Notes under the pieces: generated by a model
Database searches by the model: none
Told to the model about the DNA's origin: nothing
Seen by the model: the letters and a program-made list of their open reading frames with translations, nothing else
Origin: an uncultured Muribaculaceae bacterium
GTDB lineage: Bacteria > Bacillota_I > Bacilli_A > RF39 > UBA660
Direction: 5' to 3'
Assembly (NCBI GenBank): GCA_964447275.1
Contig: CAYURI010000002.1
Span: forward strand, 17,197-81,196
Length of the DNA stretch: 64,000 nucleotides
Shown: positions 30,658 through 39,708 of the stretch, piece after piece
Layout: every line of letters starts with the position of its first letter
How positions within the stretch are numbered: position 1 is the stretch's first letter
Made by a program: the position numbers and the translations under genes

Positions 30658-31470
30658 CTACTTAAGCGTTTTTTGTTTATTTAGTTCTTTAATACTTTTC
30701 TTGGGTGTTGGAAGCTTTTCAGGCATTGTCCCGCCCATATCCTTGATAGCTTTTCTTACTTTCTTTCCAGTTTCATAATGGATTTTATTTGCGGCTTTTT
30801 CTACTTTAATATTTTCTCTTTTTAATTTGGCATCAGTTTGGGTAATTCTAAATAGATTGGCAGCAAGTTCCTCACTTCCCATATTATCTAAAATGTCTTC
30901 GCGATATCTTAACCCTTTTCTTTTGGCGATATCATTAGCAGTTTCACCATTATATAAACCTTTGTGACCATAATTGTGAAACTTATCAAAGTTTCTAACA
31001 CCGGAGTTCTTTGCAGTTTTATTTAAAGAGTTATTTTCTCTTTTTGTTAAACCTCGATTGTAAATTCTCTTTTCATCTTCATTTAATTCATTATAATCTT
31101 TCTCGTTTAACTCTTGCTTTCTGGTTTGAATAGCAAAGTAAGTTTGGCCTAAAGCGATATTTTTAATTTTGGGATTACCGTTTTGAACGATTAAGTAACA
31201 TGCATAACGTGATAATTTAAACTCTGTTATTTTTCTTATAGAATCGCCAGTTTTAACCATTTTGGTGATTACACCGAAATGGTCGTTTATCTCTTTATTA
31301 CTTTTAAAACAAGAAACCTCTGCCTTGCTAATAACTTTTTCAAAGTATCGCCATTCTTTATATCCTAGGACTTTTTGTAGCTCTCTTGCTTCCCAATATT
31401 CATTTCCATCCTGATCAACTTTTCTAATACTATCAAAAGTCTTATTTTCATATTTTTCAATTTTATTCAT
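30658..31470 (-). CDS. dinD: DNA-damage-inducible protein D (DinD, Bro-N domain)
   Basis: FDSIRKVDQDGNEYWEARELQKVLGYKEWRYFEKVI parallels E. coli DinD (FExIRxVxxDGxEWFxAxDVxxALGY). 270 aa. Confidence 0.55.
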   Translation of the reverse strand: MNKIEKYENKTFDSIRKVDQDGNEYWEARELQKVLGYKEWRYFEKVISKAEVSCFKSNKEINDHFGVITKMVKTGDSIRKITEFKLSRYACYLIVQNGNPKIKNIALGQTYFAIQTRKQELNEKDYNELNEDEKRIYNRGLTKRENNSLNKTAKNSGVRNFDKFHNYGHKGLYNGETANDIAKRKGLRYREDILDNMGSEELAANLFRITQTDAKLKRENIKVEKAANKIHYETGKKVRKAIKDMGGTMPEKLPTPKKSIKELNKQKTLK

Positions 31471-31664
31471 AATAAATTCCTTTCTATTTGCATAATATAT
31501 AAACGATCAAATAAAAAGTAAAATCACAAAAAATGAACTTTTACTTGCTATAAAATGTTAAATAATTAATTTAGTTTAATCTATATTTAAATCTTTGCTT
31601 ATACTTTTTATTTAAAGTATAAAAATCGTTATAATTATGATAAAATCTAATTAAGAGGTATATT

Positions 31665-32087
31665 ATGAAAAAAATCAGTTTATATTTATTACTTTTATTA
31701 TCATCTTTATTATTATTTGGGTGTACCAAAGATAAAAGTGAGATAAAAGCCAATAATAATGAAGAAGAAAAAGAAGTTGATATTATCGCTACTAAGGATA
31801 CGATTGTTTTTAAATCAAGTGATAATATTTATACCACATTTTATTATGATGGGGAAACTTTAAATAAAATAACGACGACATCAATTTTTACTACTGAAGA
31901 AGAAGCTCTTTCAGCAGAAGAACTATTCAAAGGTGATGATTTTAAAGAAATGTATGGCAATATTGTAAGAGATGGTACAAAAGTAACCATGGATTATATT
32001 GCTGATTACTTTGACTTTTATACTAATTTAAATAAAACTGATATGGTTTATTTTATGCAAGAATCAGGTTATAACGTAGTAGAGTAA
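31665..32087 (+). CDS. Small lipoprotein of unknown function
   Basis: Signal peptide with lipobox LLLFGCTKD. Confidence 0.5.
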   Translation: MKKISLYLLLLLSSLLLFGCTKDKSEIKANNNEEEKEVDIIATKDTIVFKSSDNIYTTFYYDGETLNKITTTSIFTTEEEALSAEELFKGDDFKEMYGNIVRDGTKVTMDYIADYFDFYTNLNKTDMVYFMQESGYNVVE

Positions 32088-32099
32088 GGGGGTGAAAAA

Positions 32100-32519
32100 A
32101 TGTTAAGAATTGAAGAAAATAATTATAATGTTGATGAATTTAATTATTTGTATGATGCTGTGGGTTGGGGTGCATATAGCAAAGAAATCTCTGAGCAAGC
32201 TCTAAGTAATAATATTTACTCAGTAAGTGTTTATGATGATAATAAAATTATTGGTTATGGAAGAATCATTGGTGATGGTGTTGTATTCCTTTACATTCAT
32301 GATGTTATGGTAATACCAGAATATCAATCAAAAAAGATTGGTACCCAAATAATGAATAAATTATTAGAAAAAATAAATGAGATAAAAAAAATTAACCCTA
32401 GCTTAAGAGTTTACTTAGGAGCATCTCTAAATAGAGAAGGGTTTTATGAAAAATTTGGGTTTGTTACTAGGGAACAATATGGTTTAGGAAGTGGCATGAT
32501 ATTAAATAACAAAAAATAA
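32100..32519 (+). CDS. GNAT family N-acetyltransferase
   Basis: IHDVMVIPEYQSKKIGTQIMNKLLEKI is the acetyl-CoA-binding motif A region. Confidence 0.6.
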   Translation: MLRIEENNYNVDEFNYLYDAVGWGAYSKEISEQALSNNIYSVSVYDDNKIIGYGRIIGDGVVFLYIHDVMVIPEYQSKKIGTQIMNKLLEKINEIKKINPSLRVYLGASLNREGFYEKFGFVTREQYGLGSGMILNNKK

Positions 32520-32531
32520 CGAAGAGTGATT

Positions 32532-33080
32532 ATGGAAAAGAACAAATTAATTATTTTAGGTGGCAATGCCAGTAATAATATTACTTGGCTAAAGAAGATG
32601 AAAAAAATTTATGAAAAGGATTATGATGTAATTACTATCTATTATGACCATTGGAATAGCGACAAGAAAATAGACTTTGATTTAGAACTTAAAAAAATCA
32701 GAAAAATAGTCATGGATCTTAATGATTATTATGTGCTAGCAAAATCAGTTGGATCAGTGATATCCTTAATTGGAATTGAAAGACAAATAATTAAGCCAAA
32801 AGGAATTATAATTTTAGGATTCCCATTAAGATATTTAGAAAACAACAATATAAATATAGATGCTACAATTAAAATGGCTTCTGCCAAAACTAAAGTGTTG
32901 GTAATTCAACAAAAGAATGATCCGGTGGGTAGTTATCGTGAAGTTGTTGAAAAATTACCTAATAATATAAAAACGGTTGAAATACCAGGCGTTTATCATG
33001 TTTATAGTAATATAAATTGTATAAAAAATCTAGTTGATGACTTTATAAAGCATTTAAAACAATGTTTTTTTATGCTATAA
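32532..33080 (+). CDS. Small alpha/beta serine hydrolase (YdeN/RBBP9-like Ser_hydrolase family)
   Basis: About 183 aa, a nucleophile-elbow-like AKSVGS, and a C-terminal His (YHVY). Confidence 0.4.
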   Translation: MEKNKLIILGGNASNNITWLKKMKKIYEKDYDVITIYYDHWNSDKKIDFDLELKKIRKIVMDLNDYYVLAKSVGSVISLIGIERQIIKPKGIIILGFPLRYLENNNINIDATIKMASAKTKVLVIQQKNDPVGSYREVVEKLPNNIKTVEIPGVYHVYSNINCIKNLVDDFIKHLKQCFFML

Positions 33081-33081
33081 T
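33073..33081 (+). promoter_or_regulatory. Extended -10 element TGCTATAAT overlapping the stop codon of the upstream gene
   Basis: TGnTATAAT sits upstream of an AGGAGA RBS and the first copy of the tandem gene pair. Confidence 0.4.
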
Positions 33082-33099
33082 ATCTTTAGGAGAATGTTT

Positions 33100-33396
33100 A
33101 TGGAAAAATTTAGAAAGAATATGGTAGACATTTTAGAAATAAATTTAGTTTTAGAATCCTATCATGATGATACGGCCACAGAATATGGTGATGAAGAAGT
33201 AAGAACAGAAGATGATCTGCAATTATTAAGAGAACAAAAAGACAATTTATCTGAAGCAGAAAAGATTAAAAGATCAGAAGACATTTTAGCCAGACTAAAT
33301 AAAGTGTTAGATGAAATAGGCAGAGAAAAGTTTATTTTTTATGATAATGGAAATATAGACTATACATATGTTAATCTACCTAATAAAGGAGAATAA
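33100..33396 (+). CDS. Small acidic protein, copy 1 of a tandem duplicate pair
   Basis: MEKFRKNMVDILEINLVLESYHDDTATEY.... High identity to the next ORF. Confidence 0.5.
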   Translation: MEKFRKNMVDILEINLVLESYHDDTATEYGDEEVRTEDDLQLLREQKDNLSEAEKIKRSEDILARLNKVLDEIGREKFIFYDNGNIDYTYVNLPNKGE

Positions 33397-33398
33397 TT

Positions 33399-33707
33399 AT
33401 GGAAAAGTTTAGAAAGAATATGGGGTATATACTAGAAATAAATTTAGCATTAGAATCTTATCATGATGACACAGCCACAGAATATAGAAGAGAAGAAATT
33501 GGGGTATATGATGACTTACAATTCCTGGAAGAGCAAAACAACAATTTATCTGAAGCAGAAAAGATTAAAAGATCAGAAGACATTTTAACTAGGCTAAATA
33601 CATTGCTAGATGAAATAGGTAGAGAAAAGTTTATTTTTTATAATGATGGTGGCATGGAATATACATATATTAATTTACATAATAAAGGAGATGGAAACAA
33701 TGGGTAA
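33399..33707 (+). CDS. Small acidic protein, copy 2 of a tandem duplicate pair
   Basis: MEKFRKNMGYILEINLALESYHDDTATEY..., collinear with copy 1. Confidence 0.5.
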   Translation: MEKFRKNMGYILEINLALESYHDDTATEYRREEIGVYDDLQFLEEQNNNLSEAEKIKRSEDILTRLNTLLDEIGREKFIFYNDGGMEYTYINLHNKGDGNNG

Positions 33708-34335
33708 AGATGATAAATCTTGGGGATATGCATCATACGATGTTGACCATCCTGATGATGAAAGATTAACCTATACCAGATATCAAGATAATGGTAGTGT
33801 TAATAAATATACTGACAATGGTAATGGCGGGCATAGTCATGATTATTGGAAAAGCGCGAACGACTATAATTCGGGCAAAGATCCAAATCAATCTAGGCGA
33901 GAAAGTAACGATAAGAAGAATCCATCTACAGGAGAGGTTCAGAGTGGATCAGGCTGTTATTTAACAACTGCATGTATGAAACATCATCCTGGCAGTTTCG
34001 ATGATAACTGTTATGAGCTTAGAGTATTGCGATGGTTTAGAGATAACTTTGTATCAGAAGAAGATAAAAAGCATTATTATGCAACTTCACCATTAATAGT
34101 TGCTGCTATTTCTTCAGGAGAAAATAGTGACTTAATATATGATTATATATATGATAATGTTATAGACTATTGTGTGACAGCTATCGAAAATGGTGAGTAT
34201 GAAAAGGCATATAATAGGTATAGAGATAGTATATTAAGTTTTGAAGAAACATTTATTAAAAAAAGCCTTCAAGAAGGACTAATTAGAGTGTTAAAAAACA
34301 GAGCGAGCCAAGCCGAAGATGATGAAAGGATATAA
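33691..34335 (+). CDS. Hypothetical protein with a Cys motif GCYLTTAC...DNCYELRVLRWFRDNF
   Basis: ATG at 33691 follows an AAAGGAG RBS and overlaps the stop of copy 2. The N-terminal third is polar and low-complexity (N/D/G/K-rich). Confidence 0.4.
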   Translation: METMGKDDKSWGYASYDVDHPDDERLTYTRYQDNGSVNKYTDNGNGGHSHDYWKSANDYNSGKDPNQSRRESNDKKNPSTGEVQSGSGCYLTTACMKHHPGSFDDNCYELRVLRWFRDNFVSEEDKKHYYATSPLIVAAISSGENSDLIYDYIYDNVIDYCVTAIENGEYEKAYNRYRDSILSFEETFIKKSLQEGLIRVLKNRASQAEDDERI

Positions 34336-34353
34336 GTCATATATCTTTTTTTA

Positions 34354-34362
34354 TGATATAAT
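34354..34362 (+). promoter_or_regulatory. Extended -10 element TGATATAAT
   Basis: Upstream of the frameshifted Nudix ORF. Confidence 0.3.
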
Positions 34363-34380
34363 GCTTATAAGATGATGTTT

Positions 34381-34859
34381 ATGTTAAACAAAATTATTTC
34401 TTTTATTTTAATGATGATAATAAAATATTATTACTTCATAATAATCCTTTAGATCCAACTCATGGTGGGGATTTTTGGTATACAGTAACTGGTGGCTTTG
34501 AAGACTATGATAAAACAGCTGAAGATGTAGTAAAAAGAGAGATAAAAGAAGAAACGAATCTAGATGTCAAAGAGGTTATATATTTAAATTGGATTCTTAA
34601 ATATAAAGATAAAGGGTTAAACTGTGTTGAATATGTATATATATCATTTGTTGAAGGTGGTAATATAAATTTAGATGAGTCTGAAAATATCGAGTATGAA
34701 TGGTGTAACATTGATGACTTTATTAAGAAAATTAGATGGTTCGGCGATTTAGAATTATTAAAAAAAGTATTAATTGATGGGATTAACAGAAAAGTGTATT
34801 TTTATGAAGAAAAGATTGAAAATTATTGCTTTAATTTTCAAACAATTAATAGGAATTAG
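34381..34859 (+). pseudogene. NUDIX hydrolase gene with a frameshift inside a T4-A-T4 tract near codon 10
   Basis: Frame A reads MLNKIISFIL then runs into a stop. From about 34410 the -1/+2 frame reads NDDNKILLLHNNPLDPTHGGDFWYTVTGGFEDYDKTAEDVVKREIKEETNLDV (complete Nudix box) through to TAG at 34857-34859. The shift falls in ttttatttta (34401-34410). Confidence 0.55.
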
Positions 34860-34871
34860 GAGATGAAAGAA

Positions 34872-35279
34872 ATGAAAGATAAAAAAATATGGGATGAACT
34901 TTATAATAAAGCAAAATCAGTAATTAATCCAAGAACAGTATCGCCATTTATTGAAGCTGGTGGTGTAGGGGCTGCAATTTTAACTGATAAAGGTAATATT
35001 TATGTTGGGGTTTGTATTGATACAGCTTGTACTTTAGGAATGTGTGCCGAAAGAAATGCTATAGCTAACATGATAACAAATGGCGAAAACAAAATAATTA
35101 AACTAGTTTGCGTATGCCAAGATGGATCAGTTGGTTCTCCGTGTGGAGCTTGCAGAGAATACTTAATGCAGTTAGATAAAGATAGCAAGAATATGGAAAT
35201 ATTAATTGATTGTGAAACCTATAAAATATTAAGACTAGAAGAACTAACTCCAGATTGGTGGGGTTATGATAGATTCTAA
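34872..35279 (+). CDS. Cytidine/deoxycytidine deaminase family zinc enzyme (Cdd-like; blasticidin-S-deaminase-like is an alternative)
   Basis: CAERNAI (H/C-A-E zinc/catalytic motif) and PCGACREYL (PCGxCRQ-like). Confidence 0.6.
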   Translation: MKDKKIWDELYNKAKSVINPRTVSPFIEAGGVGAAILTDKGNIYVGVCIDTACTLGMCAERNAIANMITNGENKIIKLVCVCQDGSVGSPCGACREYLMQLDKDSKNMEILIDCETYKILRLEELTPDWWGYDRF

Positions 35280-35357
35280 TACTTATGATTTAAAAATTCA
35301 TAATAGAGCATTTAAAATAATGCTTTTTTTATGATATACTTTAAATAGGTGATAAAA

Positions 35358-35831
35358 ATGATAATTGATTATGAAGATAAATATCAAGAAGAAATTAAAT
35401 GCTTATTAGTAGAATTGCAGGAATATATTGTTGCTATTGATAAAGAAAAATATAATATTATAACTCCAGGTTATAAAGAGTTATATTTTGCCAAAACGAT
35501 AAAGGAAGTAGAAGAAAATCACGGCAAGATTTTATTAGCTAAAGATGATGATAAGATTGTTGGATTAATTATCGGTTTAATTGAGGAACCACATAATGAA
35601 TATAATTTCAAGGCACCCAGAAGAGGCAGAATAACCGAGTTAATAGTTTCCAAAACTTGTCGTTCTAAAGGCCTTGGCAACAAGTTGTTAACTGCTATGG
35701 AAAGTCATTTAAAAAGTAGTGGTTGTAAAGCCATTTTAATTGAAGTATTTGGTTATAACGACTTGGCTTTTAATTTTTATAGCAAGTATGGTTATAATAC
35801 AAGAATGTATGATGTTATAAAAATTATATAA
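35358..35831 (+). CDS. GNAT family N-acetyltransferase
   Basis: ITELIVSKTCRSKGLGNKLLTAMESHL is the Q/RxxGxG/A motif A. Confidence 0.6.
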   Translation: MIIDYEDKYQEEIKCLLVELQEYIVAIDKEKYNIITPGYKELYFAKTIKEVEENHGKILLAKDDDKIVGLIIGLIEEPHNEYNFKAPRRGRITELIVSKTCRSKGLGNKLLTAMESHLKSSGCKAILIEVFGYNDLAFNFYSKYGYNTRMYDVIKII

Positions 35832-35842
35832 AGGAGAGTATT

Positions 35843-36460
35843 ATGGAAATAAAAACAATAGAATCAGAAGCTAAATTAAAAGAAGTATTTAACTTTATGT
35901 CAAAGCTATTTTATGATGAAGCCAAAGAGTATAATGAACATTATTTTACAATGTCAGAAAGATTTTCAGAAATGTCAGAACAATTTAAGAAAGATAATGC
36001 TTTATTACTTTATATGGAAGAGAATGGTGAAGTCATTGCGGCTTTAACTTCTAAAAACATGAATTTAGAAAAGCAAAAGATCACATTAGGAGTTATGGCT
36101 GTTTCTAAAGATCATCGAAGAAAAGGCTATGGCAAAGCACTTGTTTTAGAGCTTGAAAAAAGATGCCTTGAAAAAGGTATTAAACATATTGATTTAGGAG
36201 CTAGATATAGAGCCTGCCCTTTATATATCTCATTAGGTTATAAGCCACTATTAATGGTTCAAATATTTGATTTTGCAACTATTTATGATGTTAAGAATGC
36301 TAACACCTTAAATTTAAAGCCTGGTTTTGAATGGCAGGGGGATGCTTATGGTTTTGTTTTCTTTGAAGTTGACGAAGTAAAAGAAGAATACATCAAGCAT
36401 TTTGAGAACAATGTTAATAATTCTCAAGTACAATATATTTTTGAAAAAGATTTAATATAA
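35843..36460 (+). CDS. GNAT family N-acetyltransferase
   Basis: VMAVSKDHRRKGYGKALVLELEKRCLEKG. Confidence 0.6.
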   Translation: MEIKTIESEAKLKEVFNFMSKLFYDEAKEYNEHYFTMSERFSEMSEQFKKDNALLLYMEENGEVIAALTSKNMNLEKQKITLGVMAVSKDHRRKGYGKALVLELEKRCLEKGIKHIDLGARYRACPLYISLGYKPLLMVQIFDFATIYDVKNANTLNLKPGFEWQGDAYGFVFFEVDEVKEEYIKHFENNVNNSQVQYIFEKDLI

Positions 36461-36498
36461 TTAAAAGATGATATCATAGTTGTTATGAGGTGAATAAG

Positions 36499-36978
36499 AT
36501 GGCAGTAAAACTAAAAAAAGTTAATTTAAGAGATAAAACAATACTATGCAATTTATTGCAATTATATTTGCATGATATTAGCTATTATTTCCCAATTGAA
36601 TTTGATGACAACAAAGGTTCTTATTTATATGATGATATAGAAAAATATTTTAATAATCTAAATAATCATGCTTATTTTGTCAATAATTGTAATAGAATAT
36701 CGGGATTTATGCTTATTGATAAAATCGAAGAAACAATGATTATTCAAGAAATGTTTGTTTTAAATAATTATAAAAATAAAGGAATCGGAAAAAATGCTGT
36801 TTTTACAGCTTTAGACAAGTACAAGGGGAATTGGGTAATAAAGTCATTGCCAGGATCAATTCCGGCTGAGCAATTCTGGTTAAGGACTATAAAAGAATAT
36901 ACCAATGGCAATTTTAATGTTGAACATGTTGGTAAATATAATAGAGCTGTATTTACATTTAATTCAAGGAACTTTTAA
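36499..36978 (+). CDS. GNAT-like acetyltransferase
   Basis: MFVLNNYKNKGIGKNAVFTALDKY. ATG 36499 after GAGGTGA. Confidence 0.5.
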   Translation: MAVKLKKVNLRDKTILCNLLQLYLHDISYYFPIEFDDNKGSYLYDDIEKYFNNLNNHAYFVNNCNRISGFMLIDKIEETMIIQEMFVLNNYKNKGIGKNAVFTALDKYKGNWVIKSLPGSIPAEQFWLRTIKEYTNGNFNVEHVGKYNRAVFTFNSRNF

Positions 36979-37026
36979 AAAAACGTTAAACCGCTTAGTC
37001 GTTAATAAAAGAGGTAGGTGATTATT

Positions 37027-38592
37027 ATGATTACTCTTGGAAATCTAAATGTAGTATTACAAAAAGATTCTAGGATCCTATTAAAAGATTTTAATTTCAC
37101 TTTAAATAAAGGCGATAAAGTTGCTATTATAGGCGAAGAAGGTAATGGTAAAAGTACCTTATTAAAATTAATTTATGATGTTAAACTAATTGAATATTAT
37201 TGTGAATTTAGTGGCAATATAATAAAAAAAGGAATAAAAATTGGCTATCTAGAACAATCATTAAACTTAGATTGGTATAATTTTACAATAAATGAATATT
37301 TTTTAAAAGATTCAATCCTTGAAGATATAAATTTAGATAAATATAATAATTTAAATGATATTTCTACAATTTTAGCTAAAATGCATATGGATCCAGCAAT
37401 AGTTTATAGTTGCCAATTAATGGGCACCTTATCGGGCGGAGAAAAAATTAAGATTCAATTAGCAAAAATTTTGGCTATGAATGTAGATGTCCTTTTATTA
37501 GATGAACCAACAAACGACCTTGATATTAAGACTCTAGTTTGGTTAGAATATTTTATAAATAGTAGTTTGATTCCTATTATATTCATTTCTCATGATGAAA
37601 CTTTACTTGAAAATACTGCTAATGTTATTATTCATATTGAACAATTAAAAAGAAAGCAGTCGCCCAAGCATACCATAGAAAGAATCTCGTATCGTGACTA
37701 TATTCAAAAAAGGTTGGGTATGATTGAAAAACAAGGCCAAATCGCTAAAAAGCAAAGAGCTGAGCATCAAGAGCAAATGGAAAAATTTAGGCAAACGTAT
37801 CAAAAAGTAGAGTTTCAACAAAATACAATAAGTCGTTCCGATCCTCATGGAGCTGCTCTTTTAAAGAAAAAAATGAAAAGTTTAAAATCTCAAGAAAGAA
37901 GATACGAAAGAGAAAAAGAAAACTTTTTTGATATTCCAGAAATGGAAGAAGCAATTGGTGTTAATTTTGATGAAGTTTTTATCCCTAACAGAAAGAAGAT
38001 TTTAGATTTAGAAATTGATAATTTAAGTAGCCCAGAAAAAGTATTGGTCAAAAACATAAAATTAAATGTTAGCGGACCTGAACATATTGCTATTATAGGA
38101 GCAAATGGGGTTGGTAAAACCACTTTATTGAAAATAATATACCAAGAGCTCAAAGAAAGAAAAGATATAACGGTTGGATACATGCTACAAAATTATGATG
38201 ATTTATTAGATATTGATAAAACAGCAATTGATTTTATCAAAAATGATTCGTCAAAAGAAGAGATAACAAAAATTATGACATTCCTTGGATCTTTGAAGTT
38301 TACTCCTGAAGAAATGCAAGAAAAAGTTAAAGATTTATCTGGTGGTCAAAAAGCCAAAATATTAATTTTAAAATTAATATTAAATAAATGTGATGTTTTA
38401 ATTTTAGATGAGCCAACTCGAAATTTAAGCCCATTATCTAATCCAATAATAAGAAATATATTAAGCTTTTATAAAGGGGCAATAATAAGTGTATCTCATG
38501 ATCGTAAATATATAGAAGATGTTTGTGATACAATATACCAATTGACAAGCCAAGGATTAGCAAAATGTTATGAAATAAAATTAAAAAAATAA
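37027..38592 (+). CDS. ABC-F family ATPase (two fused NBDs with an inter-domain linker and no TMD). Its size and architecture resemble the antibiotic-resistance (ARE) ABC-F subgroup.
   Basis: NBD1: GEEGNGKSTL, LSGGEKIKIQLAKIL, LLLDEPTNDLD. Linker of about 100 aa, rich in K/E/Q/R. NBD2: GANGVGKTTL, LSGGQKAKILILKL, LILDEPTRNL. 521 aa. Confidence 0.75.
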   Translation: MITLGNLNVVLQKDSRILLKDFNFTLNKGDKVAIIGEEGNGKSTLLKLIYDVKLIEYYCEFSGNIIKKGIKIGYLEQSLNLDWYNFTINEYFLKDSILEDINLDKYNNLNDISTILAKMHMDPAIVYSCQLMGTLSGGEKIKIQLAKILAMNVDVLLLDEPTNDLDIKTLVWLEYFINSSLIPIIFISHDETLLENTANVIIHIEQLKRKQSPKHTIERISYRDYIQKRLGMIEKQGQIAKKQRAEHQEQMEKFRQTYQKVEFQQNTISRSDPHGAALLKKKMKSLKSQERRYEREKENFFDIPEMEEAIGVNFDEVFIPNRKKILDLEIDNLSSPEKVLVKNIKLNVSGPEHIAIIGANGVGKTTLLKIIYQELKERKDITVGYMLQNYDDLLDIDKTAIDFIKNDSSKEEITKIMTFLGSLKFTPEEMQEKVKDLSGGQKAKILILKLILNKCDVLILDEPTRNLSPLSNPIIRNILSFYKGAIISVSHDRKYIEDVCDTIYQLTSQGLAKCYEIKLKK

Positions 38593-38687
38593 CATCTTTT
38601 TTAGGGTGCTATTTTTTTAAATTTACTCATATATATTTTTAAATGATTAAAAGTACAATTTAGAAAAAGCTTCCCCATAAACCTTTT

Positions 38688-38716
38688 TTGACAAATAAAC
38701 CTAAATATGATAATAT
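38688..38716 (+). promoter_or_regulatory. Consensus sigma-A promoter (TTGACA, 17 nt, TAATAT) at the head of an approximately 170-nt leader upstream of the Erm-like gene
   Basis: TTGACA at 38688-38693 and TAATAT at 38711-38716. The leader contains short ORFs (for example MKDVENLLHEWQK, 38791-38832) and the inverted repeat ATGAAG...CTTCAT. Confidence 0.45.
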
Positions 38717-38891
38717 TTAACCGCAGTGATTCAATTCGCCCATTCGCGTGTTGCTGTCTTAGAAATTAATGATTCTTTTGGATCATAATAATGAAGGATG
38801 TTGAGAATCTTCTTCATGAATGGCAAAAATAAACCATAGTCAAAGAAACTTTTGGTTATTTTTTGCTATTTAGAGGAAGAAGGATATTATT

Positions 38892-39692
38892 ATGAATTTT
38901 AATAATAAAACAAATTATTTAGATCAGATTTTTTTGGTGGATGATTGTGTTGTTAAAACCTTTATTGAGGAGTCTAATTTAAATAAAACTGATATAGTTG
39001 TTGAGATAGGACCTGGTAAAGGTAATTTAACAAACTTAATTGCTCCGAAAGTAGAAAAACTATATTGCATAGAACTTGATGAAAGATTAAAACCAGACTT
39101 ATTAAAAACAAAAGAAAATAATCCAAATACAGAAATTATTTTTGGTAGTGCTTTAGATATTTTTATTCCAATATGCACAAAAATAATTACATCATTACCA
39201 TATAGCATCACAGAGCCTTTTATTGAAAAACTAATTAAGTGTGATTTTAATGAAGCAATTATGATCGTTGGTAATAAATATGCTAAAGGTGTAATGGAAT
39301 CACAACTTAATCGATTGAGTTTACTAACTAATTGTTTTTTTAAAACTGAAAAAATAATGGAAATAATTCCAGATGCTTTCTTTCCTAAGCCTAGAGTAAT
39401 GTCAGCCATGGTAAAAATGATTCCTTTAGAAGCAAACGAAATAGAAGATTTAAAACTATTAATATTTAGATTTATGTTTATTTATCGCTCACAAAAAGTA
39501 AAAAATGCTTTAATGGAATCTTTAATAAGAGCTAAATCTTTTAAAGAAGAAACACTTACTAAAAAAATGAGTAAAGAAATTATAAAAAATCTCGATATAT
39601 CAAATGATTTGTTAGCAAAAAAGTTTGAGGTTTGTACAAATGAAGACTTAGAAGTTTTATATCGTCAGATTGAAAAAATAAATATTTTTTGA
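38892..39692 (+). CDS. rRNA adenine N6-methyltransferase, KsgA/Erm superfamily. The motifs lean Erm-like (23S rRNA MLS-resistance type).
   Basis: QIFLVDD (QNFL-like), EIGPGKGNLT (GKG as in Erm, versus GLGALT in KsgA), ITSLPY (S/N-I/L-P-Y catalytic motif), FFPKPRVMSAMV. 266 aa. Confidence 0.5.
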   Translation: MNFNNKTNYLDQIFLVDDCVVKTFIEESNLNKTDIVVEIGPGKGNLTNLIAPKVEKLYCIELDERLKPDLLKTKENNPNTEIIFGSALDIFIPICTKIITSLPYSITEPFIEKLIKCDFNEAIMIVGNKYAKGVMESQLNRLSLLTNCFFKTEKIMEIIPDAFFPKPRVMSAMVKMIPLEANEIEDLKLLIFRFMFIYRSQKVKNALMESLIRAKSFKEETLTKKMSKEIIKNLDISNDLLAKKFEVCTNEDLEVLYRQIEKINIF

Positions 39693-39708
39693 TAGTGAGG
39701 TGATTATT

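Larger units (their letters stand above)
33100..33707 (+). repeat. Tandem direct duplication of an approximately 300-bp gene unit
   Basis: Long runs of identical nucleotides between the two units (for example tatctgaagcagaaaagattaaaagatcagaagacatttta and gaaataggyagagaaaagtttattttttat). Confidence 0.7.
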
